This document shows positions 21,011 to 30,597 of a stretch of DNA of 47,382 nucleotides, one piece after another (position 1 is the first letter of the stretch; every line of letters begins with the position of its first letter). This DNA is from a virus (lineage: Duplodnaviria > Heunggongvirae > Uroviricota > Caudoviricetes), in the IMG/VR virus record IMGVR_UViG_2684623189_000004; one strand, given 5' to 3'. Under the pieces are notes generated by a model that worked only from the letters and a program-made list of their open reading frames with translations, was not told the origin of the DNA and searched no databases. The translations under genes were made by a program, and so were the position numbers.

Positions 21011-22592
21011 GTGGTGTTGTCTCCTCTTCCGGCCTGCGACTCTCCGCTATCTGCTGCTGATACGCCTGCGCTATCCACACCGGACGTGAGAGTCCGGCTT
21101 TTTCCCGCTCTGCAGATTCCCTGACCTGCTGGCGGAAAATGTCCTGATAATCCTCGCCCATCAGCGCCAGCTCTTTCTCATACGTGCTCAGTCCGGCCTC
21201 AATGCGCATCACTGATTCCTGAACCTCCTTGAGCCCGTCAATGGCCATTCTTCCGGCTCCAATCCACTCAGCCCGTGACCAGGCTGATCGCGCCTGATAA
21301 AAATCAAACCGTGCCCGTGGCGGACGAATAATCCCCCGAAGAAGTGCCTCTTCCAGCCAGCAGGAAAACATCTGCGTGGCCAGCCGGGACGCAATAAATT
21401 TTCGCCGCCCCATAAAATAGCGCCACGACTCATTGGCGGATGCGCGGGCACTTGAGTAACTGACCTTCGAGTAATCACGGGACAACTGTTCGTAGGAAAC
21501 GCCAAGACCGGCGGCGATATACCGCAGCAGCGCCTGTTCAAGCGCCGAAAATCCATTGTCTGAATCCTGCGCGGTCTGAAGTTTCAGATCATCACCGGGG
21601 AAAAGGTGCGGAATTTTGACACCGCCCAGCGTCACGCTATTCGTGTCATACCAGGTGGAGAACTTATCCAGAATATTAATAAGCGGATTATCCTTCTGCC
21701 CCTGCGGCGCACCGGCGATATATTCAAAGGCCTTTTCGGTATCAAGTTCACTTTCAATCGTCGCTGCATACATCGCCTTCACTATGGCCGACTGAAGCTG
21801 TGTTGCCTGCAGGGAATCGAGCATCTTCAGCCGTTCCATGACGCTGTAAAACTGATTAGCCCCACGGGTCTGCCCGTCCTCCACCGGCTCGAAAATATGC
21901 AGCATGGCCGGACGCCCGGTGGGAAGTTCACGCGGGATCCGTTCCCATCGTCCACTACCAGAGAACGGAAAATCATCCTCACAGATATGGTACGCGACGG
22001 CACGGCCATATCGATCGACCTCCACACCGGCCCGCAGAAAACGGTTCCCCATACCGTGTCCAGGCGTGTCCACCCGTTTCGGACTCACGGCTTTAAAACG
22101 CGTACGGAATAACTGCGTGGTTTCCGTATCCCAGACCGGCTGCACAAAGATTTCGCCGTTAAACGCATGAACGCCCACACCTTCACGGATAAATTCCGTG
22201 AACGTGCGTTTTCCTTCCACGTCGATCTCGCCAAACATCCCTTCGGCGTATTCCGACCAGGCCGCCTCCACCTCATCGACAAAGCTTTTTGCTGCGGTCT
22301 CCCGCATCCCCAGCCAGCGCCAGTTCGGACGGTAGCTGATCAGAAACATATGCCCGACAATGTGATCCTTATGCAGAGCCACCGCATTAGCCGCTATTCC
22401 GTTATTGCGCACCAGATCATCTGCCCGGGCATTCCCCAGACGCAACGCGGGCAGCAGGGCCGCATCGGCACTCTGCGCCGGTGGCAACCACTCTGCCATT
22501 TGCCCGCCAAATCCTGCACCGCCACCGGTGTAGCTGAGGCTCTCCCGAAGCGGAACGCCGTTCACATCAATCAGGACAGGCGTTCGTTTCAT
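21000..22592 (-). CDS. B: portal protein B
   Basis: 530 aa; position W-B-C. Confidence 0.9.
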   Translation of the reverse strand: MKRTPVLIDVNGVPLRESLSYTGGGAGFGGQMAEWLPPAQSADAALLPALRLGNARADDLVRNNGIAANAVALHKDHIVGHMFLISYRPNWRWLGMRETAAKSFVDEVEAAWSEYAEGMFGEIDVEGKRTFTEFIREGVGVHAFNGEIFVQPVWDTETTQLFRTRFKAVSPKRVDTPGHGMGNRFLRAGVEVDRYGRAVAYHICEDDFPFSGSGRWERIPRELPTGRPAMLHIFEPVEDGQTRGANQFYSVMERLKMLDSLQATQLQSAIVKAMYAATIESELDTEKAFEYIAGAPQGQKDNPLINILDKFSTWYDTNSVTLGGVKIPHLFPGDDLKLQTAQDSDNGFSALEQALLRYIAAGLGVSYEQLSRDYSKVSYSSARASANESWRYFMGRRKFIASRLATQMFSCWLEEALLRGIIRPPRARFDFYQARSAWSRAEWIGAGRMAIDGLKEVQESVMRIEAGLSTYEKELALMGEDYQDIFRQQVRESAEREKAGLSRPVWIAQAYQQQIAESRRPEEETTPRET

Positions 22593-22795
22593 AACCTCAC
22601 TCCCAGCGGACGACGGCGACGGCGGGTTGTCCCCAGTACCGACTCCGCATCATTGATCGCCCGGTTAAGCTCATCCAGAGAAGCTGCCGTATATTCAATT
22701 CTGCGACCATCTTTCTGGACAGACACCACCCGTTTACCGGTTAATAAATCAAGGCGCGCCTGACGCAGCGCCTGCAGTTCAGCGACTGTAACCAT
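22589..22795 (-). CDS. W: head-tail joining protein W
   Basis: 68 aa, same as lambda W. Confidence 0.8.
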   Translation of the reverse strand: MVTVAELQALRQARLDLLTGKRVVSVQKDGRRIEYTAASLDELNRAINDAESVLGTTRRRRRPLGVRL

Positions 22796-24749
22796 TCACT
22801 CCTCCGGACAGCTTCGCTGCCAGTTCTTTAAGGGTTGGCCGGGTCGTCTCTTCTTCCCGGGATTTTGCCAGTACAGCCAGATCAAGCTGCCAGCGTTGCA
22901 CGGACACACGTAATGCCGCGTAGGCATACACCAGGCAGTCCAGCGCTTCGTTACGCCGCTTTTTGTTATCCCACAGCAGACGCATCTTTCCTTTTTCCCA
23001 CTTCTCCACAAGCTCTTCCGCCACCAGTTGCTGCGCCTCTGTCTGCGAAAAAATCTCCGGATCATCAGGAAAACGGATGGCATACGACGTGGCTTCATCC
23101 GCAGGCGTGGGATCGGCTTTCATACGGGCATAGAGAATTTCTTTTGCGGTGTCCGTCCCCACTTCGCACAGATACACGCCCCGCTGATTGCGGGTTTTTG
23201 GCATGGTGATCACCGGCTTGCCATAAACAGATGCACCTTTTACCGGCAGCACCCGGAAAACACCGTGTTTTTTTGACCTCTGATAGACAATTTCGCCATC
23301 GATCCCCCCGGTGTCCCAGCAGACACGGGAAATGGTCATTTCGGTTCCGTCTGCATGGCGGTATTTTTTGTTGATCGCCACATCCACACGTAACAGCGTC
23401 TCTTCCTCATCGGGACGCCCCATAATGATGATTTTATCCACCAGAAAGGCTTCCTCTCCCGGAGCCCATCCCCAGACATACATCTCAAAACGGTTTCGCT
23501 GCGAGTCAATGCCCGCCGTCAGATAAACCACCCGGGCAGGCACCGCCGCCGTGTAACGCACAACCTTATCCATCAGCACCTGGTGATCGAGTTTTTCGCC
23601 CACGGCCTCTTCCCAGGTCTCGCCCAGCGTGGTGTTCACAAAGGTTTTCAGGCCGTTGGGATCTTTCAGTGCATCCAGCCAGTCATAGACAATCTGTACC
23701 CAGGTGGTGAACGGACTGTACGCCGTCCAGATATGGAATGTGATGGAGCGCGGCGGCGGAATTTCATTATCCGCGGCGCTGAAAAATGTCAGACCGTCAC
23801 GAGTCCACATGCCCGTGTTTTCACAGATCCACCGCCCGTTACTCTGGTCAAGCTCAGACTGATGGATCACACAGCCATGATGCTCACAAAGGTAGAAAAC
23901 ACTTTCTGGCTTATTCTTCTCCCACTTAAGACCGAAAGGCGAGGCATCATCGCCAAATTTCAGATACTGCTCCTCCCCACAGTGCGGACAGGGCACATAA
24001 AAACGCATGAAATGTGCCGACTCGTTAGCGGCTTTTTCGATCTGGCAGGAGCCTTTGATTTTAGGCGTCGAGCCGCGAATGGATTTTGGCCATACAGAGC
24101 CCTCAATACGTTTATCCCCCAGCAGGGTTGGCGAACCCTCTTTTTCAACATCCGGTTCGAACGAGGAAAGCTCGTCATAACAAACCACATCCACGGATTT
24201 TTCACGGTAGTTTTTTGCTGCCGCTCCCCCCAGACACCAGAAACCCACACCGGAGGAAAAACGCTTCAGGGTGAGCGTATTATCGCGGTGTTTTCTTCCG
24301 AACCATGGAGCCAGCTCCAGCAATGCAGGAACATCCCTTATCGTTGGCTCAACATGAGATTTCATAAAATCTTCAGCAGCTGAGTCCGTGGGCTGAAAAA
24401 GAAGGCTGTTGCGTGATTTATGCTCAATAAAATAAGCCTCCACTCCCAGCAACATCTTTGTATAACCAACACGGGCAGATTTAATCAGGTTAACAGTGCG
24501 AATCAAATCGTTGCCCATACAGTTCATGATGCCAACCTGAAACGGCAGTGTTTCCCACCGCCCCGGGGTATAAGACGACTCTTTAGGAAGGTAATAATGT
24601 TTATTGGCCCACTGAACTGTCGTCAGTGGAACAGGAATAATGAGAGATAAAAGCCCTGTAGCTATCGCACCGGCTGCATTAGCTGCCTTCTGTGCGTCTG
24701 AAATCATCGATCCACCCGCCCACGTTTTCACCGGCCTTAGCTGCAACAT
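22779..24749 (-). CDS. A: terminase large subunit A
   Basis: 656 aa; strong resemblance to lambda gpA as recalled ([18 protein letters not shown] motifs). Confidence 0.9.
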   Translation of the reverse strand: MLQLRPVKTWAGGSMISDAQKAANAAGAIATGLLSLIIPVPLTTVQWANKHYYLPKESSYTPGRWETLPFQVGIMNCMGNDLIRTVNLIKSARVGYTKMLLGVEAYFIEHKSRNSLLFQPTDSAAEDFMKSHVEPTIRDVPALLELAPWFGRKHRDNTLTLKRFSSGVGFWCLGGAAAKNYREKSVDVVCYDELSSFEPDVEKEGSPTLLGDKRIEGSVWPKSIRGSTPKIKGSCQIEKAANESAHFMRFYVPCPHCGEEQYLKFGDDASPFGLKWEKNKPESVFYLCEHHGCVIHQSELDQSNGRWICENTGMWTRDGLTFFSAADNEIPPPRSITFHIWTAYSPFTTWVQIVYDWLDALKDPNGLKTFVNTTLGETWEEAVGEKLDHQVLMDKVVRYTAAVPARVVYLTAGIDSQRNRFEMYVWGWAPGEEAFLVDKIIIMGRPDEEETLLRVDVAINKKYRHADGTEMTISRVCWDTGGIDGEIVYQRSKKHGVFRVLPVKGASVYGKPVITMPKTRNQRGVYLCEVGTDTAKEILYARMKADPTPADEATSYAIRFPDDPEIFSQTEAQQLVAEELVEKWEKGKMRLLWDNKKRRNEALDCLVYAYAALRVSVQRWQLDLAVLAKSREEETTRPTLKELAAKLSGGVNGYSR

Positions 24750-25227
24750 TGGAGGCTTTCGCGATTTCAGTTTTCACCACATCAAGGTGTGATGGTGAAA
24801 TGTCCGGATATTTACGCTGTAATGTCAACGGCACACGCACAAGTATCCCCGAAATCTCCTGTGCCACACGTTGCAGAATGAAGGTAAACAGTTCAGTTTC
24901 CAGCACCACTCCGTCTTCACGGGCATTTTTCAGTTCCTGCGCATCTGCCTGCGCTTTTGTGAGCCGGTAGCGTTCATAGTCAATGGTGCCGGGTTGTAAA
25001 TCTGACTCCGCTGCCGCACGCAAATCGGCCAGTTCTTTGCGGAGCTTTTCGTTTTCGATATCAGTTTCCCTCTGCGCATACCACTGAATTGCCATGGCAG
25101 TATCAAATACAGATTCAATGCCCTTACTGCCTTTGGAGACGCAAGGGAGCCCCTGAGACTGCCAGCGTTCAATCGTCCGCGGGTCCACGTTAAAAATTTC
25201 GGCAAGCCTCTTTTTATTAACCTTCAT
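24679..25227 (-). CDS. Nu1: terminase small subunit Nu1
   Basis: start [12 protein letters not shown] resembles lambda Nu1 MEVNKKQLADIF; ORF track extends 8 codons upstream. Confidence 0.85.
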   Translation of the reverse strand: MKVNKKRLAEIFNVDPRTIERWQSQGLPCVSKGSKGIESVFDTAMAIQWYAQRETDIENEKLRKELADLRAAAESDLQPGTIDYERYRLTKAQADAQELKNAREDGVVLETELFTFILQRVAQEISGILVRVPLTLQRKYPDISPSHLDVVKTEIAKASNVAAKAGENVGGWIDDFRRTEGS

Positions 25228-25402
25228 AGAACAACCCATTATCAAATACAAGGCCCGACATGAAAACGCCAGAAAAAGGCATTTTCGGACACTTTCATGT
25301 CGGACATTTATGAATGCAATATTAAAAAAAACAAAAAGTTATATTCGAGAAGTACCGACACGATTTTCCCTGAAAAATTTTCATAAATAGTGAAAAACCG
25401 CG

Positions 25403-25414
25403 AGGTCGCCGCCC
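25403..25414. other. cosN cohesive-end site (12-nt GGGCGGCGACCT on minus strand); cosB lies between it and Nu1
   Basis: minus strand GGGCGGCGACCTCGCGGTTTTTCACTATTTATGAAAATTTTTC closely matches the lambda left end as recalled; about 175 bp upstream of Nu1. Confidence 0.85.
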
Positions 25415-25613
25415 CGTAACCTGTCGGATCACCGGAAAGGACCCGTAAAGCGATAATGATTATCATCTACATATCACAACGTGCGTGGAGGCCATCAAAC
25501 CACGTCAAATAATCAATTATGACGCAGGTATCGTATTAATTGATCTGCATCAACCTAACGTAAAAACAACTTCAGACAATACAAATCAGCGACACTGAAT
25601 ACAGGGCAACCTC

Positions 25614-25847
25614 ATGTCAACGAAGAACAGAACCCGCAGAACAACAACCCGCAACATCCGCTTTCCTAACCAAATGATTGAACAAATTAACATCGCTCTT
25701 GTTCAAAAAGGGTCCGGGAATTTCTCAGCCTGGGTCATTGAAGCCTGCCGCCGGAGACTGTGCTCAGAAAAAAGAGTTTCGCCTGAAGCAAACAAAGAAA
25801 AGAGTGACATTACTGAATTGCTCAGAAAACAGGTCAGACCAGATTGA
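25614..25847 (+). CDS. small protein, possible ribbon-helix-helix fold (YbcW-like; conserved between Rz and cos in lambda-type phages)
   Basis: 77 aa; RNIRFP...IEQI...AWVIEACRR pattern; opposite strand to late genes. Confidence 0.45.
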   Translation: MSTKNRTRRTTTRNIRFPNQMIEQINIALVQKGSGNFSAWVIEACRRRLCSEKRVSPEANKEKSDITELLRKQVRPD

Positions 25848-25904
25848 AGCAATTTAGATAATCGTGCAGACTACCCCCCCTCATATCACATGGAAGGTAC
25901 TACA

Positions 25905-26315
25905 ATGGCTCAGATTGCCATTTTTAAACAAATATTCGATAAAGTGCGAAATAATTTAAACTATCACTGGTTTTATTCTGAACTAAAACGTCACAATGTC
26001 TCACATTACATTTACTATTTAGCCACAGAGAATATTCATCTTGTTCTTGAAAACGATAATACGGTTTTAATAAAAGGACAGGGTAAGGTTGTAAATGTAA
26101 GATTTTCAAAAAATAAATGCCTTATAGAAGCCACCTTAAAAGGATTCAAATCAGGAGAGTTATCATTTTACGAATACAGGAAAAATCTTGCTACAGCAGG
26201 GGTTTTCAGATGGATTACAAATATCCACGAAAACAAAAGGTATTACTATACCTTTGATAATTCATTACTCTTTACTGAGAACATTCAGAACACTACACAA
26301 ATATTTCCGCACTAA
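25905..26315 (+). CDS. hypothetical protein (YbcV/DUF1398-like as recalled)
   Basis: start [13 protein letters not shown]-rich; same plus-strand unit as 25614..25847; lambda carries a similar ORF here as recalled. Confidence 0.45.
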   Translation: MAQIAIFKQIFDKVRNNLNYHWFYSELKRHNVSHYIYYLATENIHLVLENDNTVLIKGQGKVVNVRFSKNKCLIEATLKGFKSGELSFYEYRKNLATAGVFRWITNIHENKRYYYTFDNSLLFTENIQNTTQIFPH

Positions 26316-26622
26316 ATCATAACGTCCGGTTTCTTCCGTGCCAGAACCGGACTCGCTGGCATGATGAAATATGTGTACCCGGTAACCCCGGTGTGCATCG
26401 TTTTTGATTATTCCCCCACACTTGTGCAGAAGGAGTTCCCCGTCAGGCTACAGTCATAATTAATGCAAGAGTACAGCGACGATACAGCGCACAGAAATAA
26501 ATCAGGTATCCATTGACTTCACAAAGACGGTACATAGCATCGACAGGAGTAATTGCGTAAATTGAACTCTTGGCACACTTTAGCCACCGGCGAATCTTCA
26601 GCGGATTATCCTTGGCCGGTTT

Positions 26623-27087
26623 TTATCTGAGGCATTGCTCTCGAATGTATAGCTGTGCCCCTTCAAGTTGTTTTTGCATTATTATCAGTCGCGCTCTGAG
26701 GGTGAAATAATCCCGTTCAGCGGTGTCTGCCAGTCGGGGGGAGGCTGCATTATCCACGCCGGAGGCGGTGGTGGCTTCACGCACTGACTGACAGACTGCT
26801 TTGATGTGCAACCGACGACGACCAGCGGCAACATCATCACGCAGAGCATCATTTTCAGCTTTCGCATCAGCTAACTCCTTCGTGTATTTTGCATCGAGCG
26901 CAGCAACATCACGCTGACGCATCTGCATGTCAGTAATTGCCGCGTTCGCCAGCTTCAGTTCTCTGACATTTTTGTCGCGCTGGGCTTTGTAGGTAATGGC
27001 GTTATCACGGTAATGATTCAGCCCCAGACTAAGCGCACCACAGGCCACCAGCAGGGCAATGATGACCACGCACAGTACGCGGTTCAT
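26623..27087 (-). CDS. Rz: i-spanin Rz
   Basis: 154 aa; N-terminal TM; from [17 protein letters not shown] onward close to lambda Rz. Confidence 0.9.
   Translation of the reverse strand: MNRVLCVVIIALLVACGALSLGLNHYRDNAITYKAQRDKNVRELKLANAAITDMQMRQRDVAALDAKYTKELADAKAENDALRDDVAAGRRRLHIKAVCQSVREATTASGVDNAASPRLADTAERDYFTLRARLIIMQKQLEGAQLYIREQCLR
26685..26867 (-). CDS. Rz1: o-spanin Rz1 (embedded in +1 frame of Rz)
   Basis: 60 aa; lipobox VVGC; proline-rich [15 protein letters not shown]. Confidence 0.85.
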   Translation of the reverse strand: MRKLKMMLCVMMLPLVVVGCTSKQSVSQCVKPPPPPAWIMQPPPDWQTPLNGIISPSERD

Positions 27088-27088
27088 T

Positions 27089-27187
27089 TCACCACCAGCG
27101 TATCTGACCGATGAAATAACCAGAGGCCATAATCACAAACACCAGCCAGATAAGAATGAACTTCCAGGTGGATAATTTTTCAGCCAT
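27089..27187 (-). CDS. hypothetical 32-aa single-TM peptide translationally coupled to Rz
   Basis: ATG preceded by GGGAGA (8-nt spacer); [32 protein letters not shown]; stop TGA 1 nt before Rz ATG; below ORF-track size cutoff. Confidence 0.3.
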   Translation of the reverse strand: MAEKLSTWKFILIWLVFVIMASGYFIGQIRWW

Positions 27188-27262
27188 CACTCGAATCTCC
27201 CGAATCAGTTTGCTAAAATCAAACACACTTTCTCCTTTGACTTTTCCGGAGTCAGGAAACAC

Positions 27263-27300
27263 AAAACCCCGCTTGGTGCCAACAAACGGGGTTTTTACTT
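27263..27300. terminator. hairpin with flanking T/A tracts between R and Rz (bidirectional terminator-like)
   Basis: AAAACCCCG-15 nt-CGGGGTTTTTACTTTTATT. Confidence 0.4.
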
Positions 27301-27385
27301 TTATTCACTTACGTTTCGCCACTTCGCAGGATTTCATGTTATCCGCCCGCGTGGCCATGCCTTATTTTTCAGCAAAATATTCTGC

Positions 27386-27919
27386 TTATCTGTCGATACC
27401 CCAGCACGCCAGCGCGCTCTCCTGGTCACGACGGGATACCTGACCGTAGCAGTTGTTTGAACGAATACGGCAGTCTCTGCCACCGTCCTTAATCCACCAG
27501 CGAATCGCCTCACACGCTCCCCTGCGATCACCTGCATTAATTCGTTTATAAAACGTCGACGGGAAACACTTACCGGGACCAATGTTGTACGGACAGAATG
27601 ACGCGATCCCCGCTTTCTGGGGTTCGCTCAATGGCACTTTGATGTTTTTCTCCACCCATGCCAGCGCCTTATCACGCTCAATGGCGTTGACCTGGTCGCA
27701 TTTTTCCTTCGACAGTTTCATACCGGGAAAAACGGGTTTTCCATCCACCATCGTGGCCCCCCGACAGATGGTCCAGTTGCCGGAACCATCGCGGTATGCC
27801 GTAGTGTGGTTACCCTCTTTTTCATCCAGAAACTGGTCAAGTATCTGAGGAGCTGATGCGCCTGCTCCAATCAGCGCCAGAACTGCAGCTGACAGGCCGT
27901 ATTTGATTTTTGCGTTCAT
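27386..27919 (-). CDS. R: SAR endolysin (T4-lysozyme-like, phage 21 R type)
   Basis: 177 aa; Gly/Ala-rich weakly hydrophobic N-terminus (YGLSAAVLALIGAGASAPQ) then E...D...T catalytic spacing (KEGNHTTAYRDGSGNWT). Confidence 0.85.
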   Translation of the reverse strand: MNAKIKYGLSAAVLALIGAGASAPQILDQFLDEKEGNHTTAYRDGSGNWTICRGATMVDGKPVFPGMKLSKEKCDQVNAIERDKALAWVEKNIKVPLSEPQKAGIASFCPYNIGPGKCFPSTFYKRINAGDRRGACEAIRWWIKDGGRDCRIRSNNCYGQVSRRDQESALACWGIDR

Positions 27920-28024
27920 GGATATTTATCAGGATTTATCGGTTTCTGAACCCTGGATATGTTTATCTGTCCCGGCCTGTTGAATCAGGCGGGGAAAAGG
28001 TAAAGACAATCAAGAGGATTATTT

Positions 28025-28297
28025 ATGGACAATAGCACCATTTCTCTACAGGAGTTGCTCGACTGCATTTCCAGGCTTCGGGATGATGTAAATGCCCTCA
28101 CTGTTGCATTTTCACATCTGGCCTTATCAATTCCCAGGGAGCAAATGCTGCCAACGCTGGCATCCATTCATTTTGAATCACGCAACCCCAAATGGTCCCA
28201 GGAACAACAAAATTCTTTCAAGTGGCTGGCGGCATTGCTGGAAGAAAATTATGCTGGCAAAACTACCATTTCGGCGGAGTCTTCAGGGAACCAGTAA
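28025..28297 (+). CDS. hypothetical protein antisense within the lysis cassette
   Basis: 90 aa; AGAGGA RBS 6 nt upstream of ATG; overlaps 3' end of 28263..28607 on the other strand. Confidence 0.3.
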   Translation: MDNSTISLQELLDCISRLRDDVNALTVAFSHLALSIPREQMLPTLASIHFESRNPKWSQEQQNSFKWLAALLEENYAGKTTISAESSGNQ

Positions 28298-28607
28298 TCC
28301 TTCCCGGTAGCTTTCCTTTGTAGGTTATCCATACATTCTGCGCCTCTAAAATTACGGGGCGCTTTTCCGGCGACTGCTCATCCCCTTCACATAACCCGGC
28401 AGCGACATCCAGGAAGACCTGTCTGATGCTCCTTCTGGCCGCTGCCTCATAAAACTCCAGCGCAGCACCTTCAACACGGTCCAGCGAGATGTCCAGGTCA
28501 AAAATTTCACCGTCAAAGCGTTCTTTGTCCTGTAATGCTAAAGTTACCGTAACTTTATTCTCAAAATTGCGGATCCCTTTCACAATCAGTTCATAGTTTT
28601 GAGTCAT
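28263..28607 (-). CDS. hypothetical protein between holin and endolysin (YdfR/DUF1327-like by position)
   Basis: 114 aa; starts 5 nt after S stop; Qin has ydfR between holin and lysozyme as recalled. Confidence 0.5.
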   Translation of the reverse strand: MTQNYELIVKGIRNFENKVTVTLALQDKERFDGEIFDLDISLDRVEGAALEFYEAAARRSIRQVFLDVAAGLCEGDEQSPEKRPVILEAQNVWITYKGKLPGRITGSLKTPPKW

Positions 28608-28611
28608 TGAA

Positions 28612-28827
28612 TTACTCTCCCCGTGCCGCCTTACGACGGTCCTCTCTGATTTTGAAATACAGGTTAGTCAGATATGTCAGCAGCCCAAACAGCAGACTCC
28701 CCAGCACGCCTATTGCCGCCCACTGAGACGGGGAAACCCTGTCCAGCAACTGCAGGAACCAGTAGCCCGTTCCCACCGCTGACGTGGTGTATGACACACC
28801 TGTTGTGATTTTTTCCATCTGGTCCAT
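28612..28827 (-). CDS. S: pinholin S (phage 21 S21 type) with dual start Met1/Met4
   Basis: [10 protein letters not shown]...[36 protein letters not shown]; two TM segments; ORF track extends 35 codons upstream. Confidence 0.85.
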   Translation of the reverse strand: MDQMEKITTGVSYTTSAVGTGYWFLQLLDRVSPSQWAAIGVLGSLLFGLLTYLTNLYFKIREDRRKAARGE

Positions 28828-29095
28828 ACCCCGTCTCCCGTTATCCGGAAGCTGAAAACAATAAAAAAGCCACCAGTTAACTACTGATGGCTCTGATAAC
28901 TCATGCAAGCGTCTCAGACGACCCACTGACACTACCGGTGAGTTTAACGATACCTTCCATTTGACTGGCTCACTTTTTATGATGATGCCGGTGCATTTAT
29001 CTCCAGCGCCAGACTTTCTATCTCAACGCCATACGTTACATTTTTGGTAATATCCATCAGCGTCAGTGCATTTAGTCCCACTGCCAGACTGTCTT

Positions 29096-29323
29096 TTATG
29101 GCCTGGAATGCCGGGCCAGTACGATGACGTAGTACCAATCCGGCTCAGTTGCACCACTGACCACCACATCACCTTCTGCTGCAATCGCCTGCATCAGGGT
29201 ATAAGGGGTTATGGCCACCGGACTACCAAACGGCTGCCAGCCCTCCTTCAGTTTTTGTGTCAGTCGTTTCGCAAGGTCTGACGGCGATACCGCCCTGACC
29301 ACGTCATAGTGTTTAAATGCCAT
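29096..29323 (-). CDS. hypothetical small protein upstream of holin
   Basis: 75 aa ORF; family not recognised. Confidence 0.4.
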   Translation of the reverse strand: MAFKHYDVVRAVSPSDLAKRLTQKLKEGWQPFGSPVAITPYTLMQAIAAEGDVVVSGATEPDWYYVIVLARHSRP

Positions 29324-29544
29324 GAATCCTCCCGGCCGGGATAATATTGTGAGTAAAATAAGGAGCGGGCTGAAGTCCGGAAGTTACAGGACAATGGCAG
29401 AAGAGAGACGACAGCCCGCAATTCGAAAAAGACCGCGCAGTTGCGCAGAGTGATTACTATGGGGTATTATTCGCCAGCTGAAATATTACTTCACGTTTTA
29501 TTGTTTATTCCTTGCCGCCCGCGTCTCCCAGCGCGGGCTTTTTT

Positions 29545-29790
29545 TGCCCACAAGAAAACCCCTCCGGAGAGGGGCTAAAGCCGCGTATCTGTATCATCAT
29601 GCACATGGTGCCGGGTGCCTCCCGGTGAGTTCAGCCCGGTGCCACTAAACCCGCGTCATTCTCGTTTTGATAATCAGAGATTATACCGTCACCAGTCGCC
29701 CCTCCGCTCAGGGGGATTCACCATGCGAAATTTTTTTAACAAATGCCCAGTCTGACAGGCAACTGTCAACTTACTGAATTGTGAGCAACA
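29545..29790. repeat. diverged tandem repeat unit A (ends in GC hairpin plus T-tract on minus strand)
   Basis: shares CCCCTCCGGAGAGGGG, CATGGTGCCGGGTGCCTCCCGGTGA, GCCCCTCCGC.CAGGGGGATTCACCATG, CTGAATTGTGAG blocks with unit B. Confidence 0.6.
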
Positions 29791-30035
29791 TAGCATTTAA
29801 CGGGGAACCTGTTTTCTGCAGTAAAAAGGCCCACCGGAGCGGATGGGCCTGGAAGGATAGCGGTCATGTGATGCCGGTTTCCCGGTAACTCAGCACCGGT
29901 ATCTGAGTCAACGTTTTCTCTACTGGGTCATTTCCGATACGCCCTGCCTGCTGACAGGCTTTCATCACATCTGAAAATATAGCACCCTGACTGATACTGT
30001 AGTACCTAAGGTTCCAGAAACTGTGATGTATCCGG

Positions 30036-30265
30036 CACAGAAAAGCCCCTCCGGAGAGGGGCTGGAGAGTGGCGCTATGTGCCATTGCATGGTGCCGGGT
30101 GCCTCCCGGTGAATTCAGTACCAGCACCTGAATCCGCGATTATCCCATATACCTACTCGCTGATTGCCCCTCCGCACAGGGGGATTCACCATGCCAGTTT
30201 CTTTTAACAAACTCCCCGCAAACCAGACAACAGTCAACCGCCTGAATTGTGAGACATTTAAAAAA
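30036..30265. repeat. diverged tandem repeat unit B
   Basis: same blocks as unit A; immediately downstream (minus strand) of tRNA-Arg(UCU). Confidence 0.6.
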
Positions 30266-30298
30266 AAGCCCGCAAAAGCGAGCCAGGGAAAATAAGTG

Positions 30299-30375
30299 TG
30301 GCGCGTTGTACTGGATTCGAACCAGTGACCGATTGCTTAGAAGGCAATTGCTCTGTCCGGCTGAGCTAACAACGC
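30299..30375 (-). tRNA. argO: tRNA-Arg (anticodon UCU)
   Basis: 77 nt; 7-bp acceptor GCGTTGT/ACAACGC, anticodon loop CCTTCTAAG, T-loop GGTTCGAATCC, 3' CCA. Confidence 0.85.
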
Positions 30376-30388
30376 AGGATACAGATAA

Positions 30389-30466
30389 TGGACCGCCTTC
30401 GGGGACCCGAACTCCGCGCAACCAGCTTCGAAGGCTGGCGCTCTTTCCTGATGAGCTAATGGCGGT
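30389..30466 (-). tRNA. argN: tRNA-Arg (anticodon UCG), atypical stems
   Basis: anticodon arm CCAGC-CTTCGAA-GCTGG, D-arm GCTC...GAGC, encoded CCA; mismatches in acceptor and T stems; exact ends uncertain. Confidence 0.55.
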
Positions 30467-30472
30467 ATGTGA

Positions 30473-30548
30473 TGGTGGCCCTTGCTGGATTTGAACCAGC
30501 GACCTGGCGATTATGAGTCGCTCGCTCTCACCACTGAGCTAAAGGGCC
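30473..30548 (-). tRNA. ileZ: tRNA-Ile2 (anticodon CAU, lysidine type)
   Basis: 76 nt GGCCCTTTAGCTCAGTGG...CTCATAATCG...GGTTCAAATCC...GGGCCACCA; close to E. coli ileX as recalled. Confidence 0.85.
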
Positions 30549-30597
30549 GGGAGCAGAATAATAATGGTGCGTAATTAATTCTGCAATCTCATCCGTT

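Noticed and set aside
26315-26623. bor lipoprotein gene between Rz and the plus-strand unit
   Set aside because: No ORF with a lipoprotein signal is present in this interval.
29324-30298. Shiga toxin or other toxin genes downstream of the tRNAs
   Set aside because: No ORF of suitable size or signal peptide; region is mostly ORF-free repeats.
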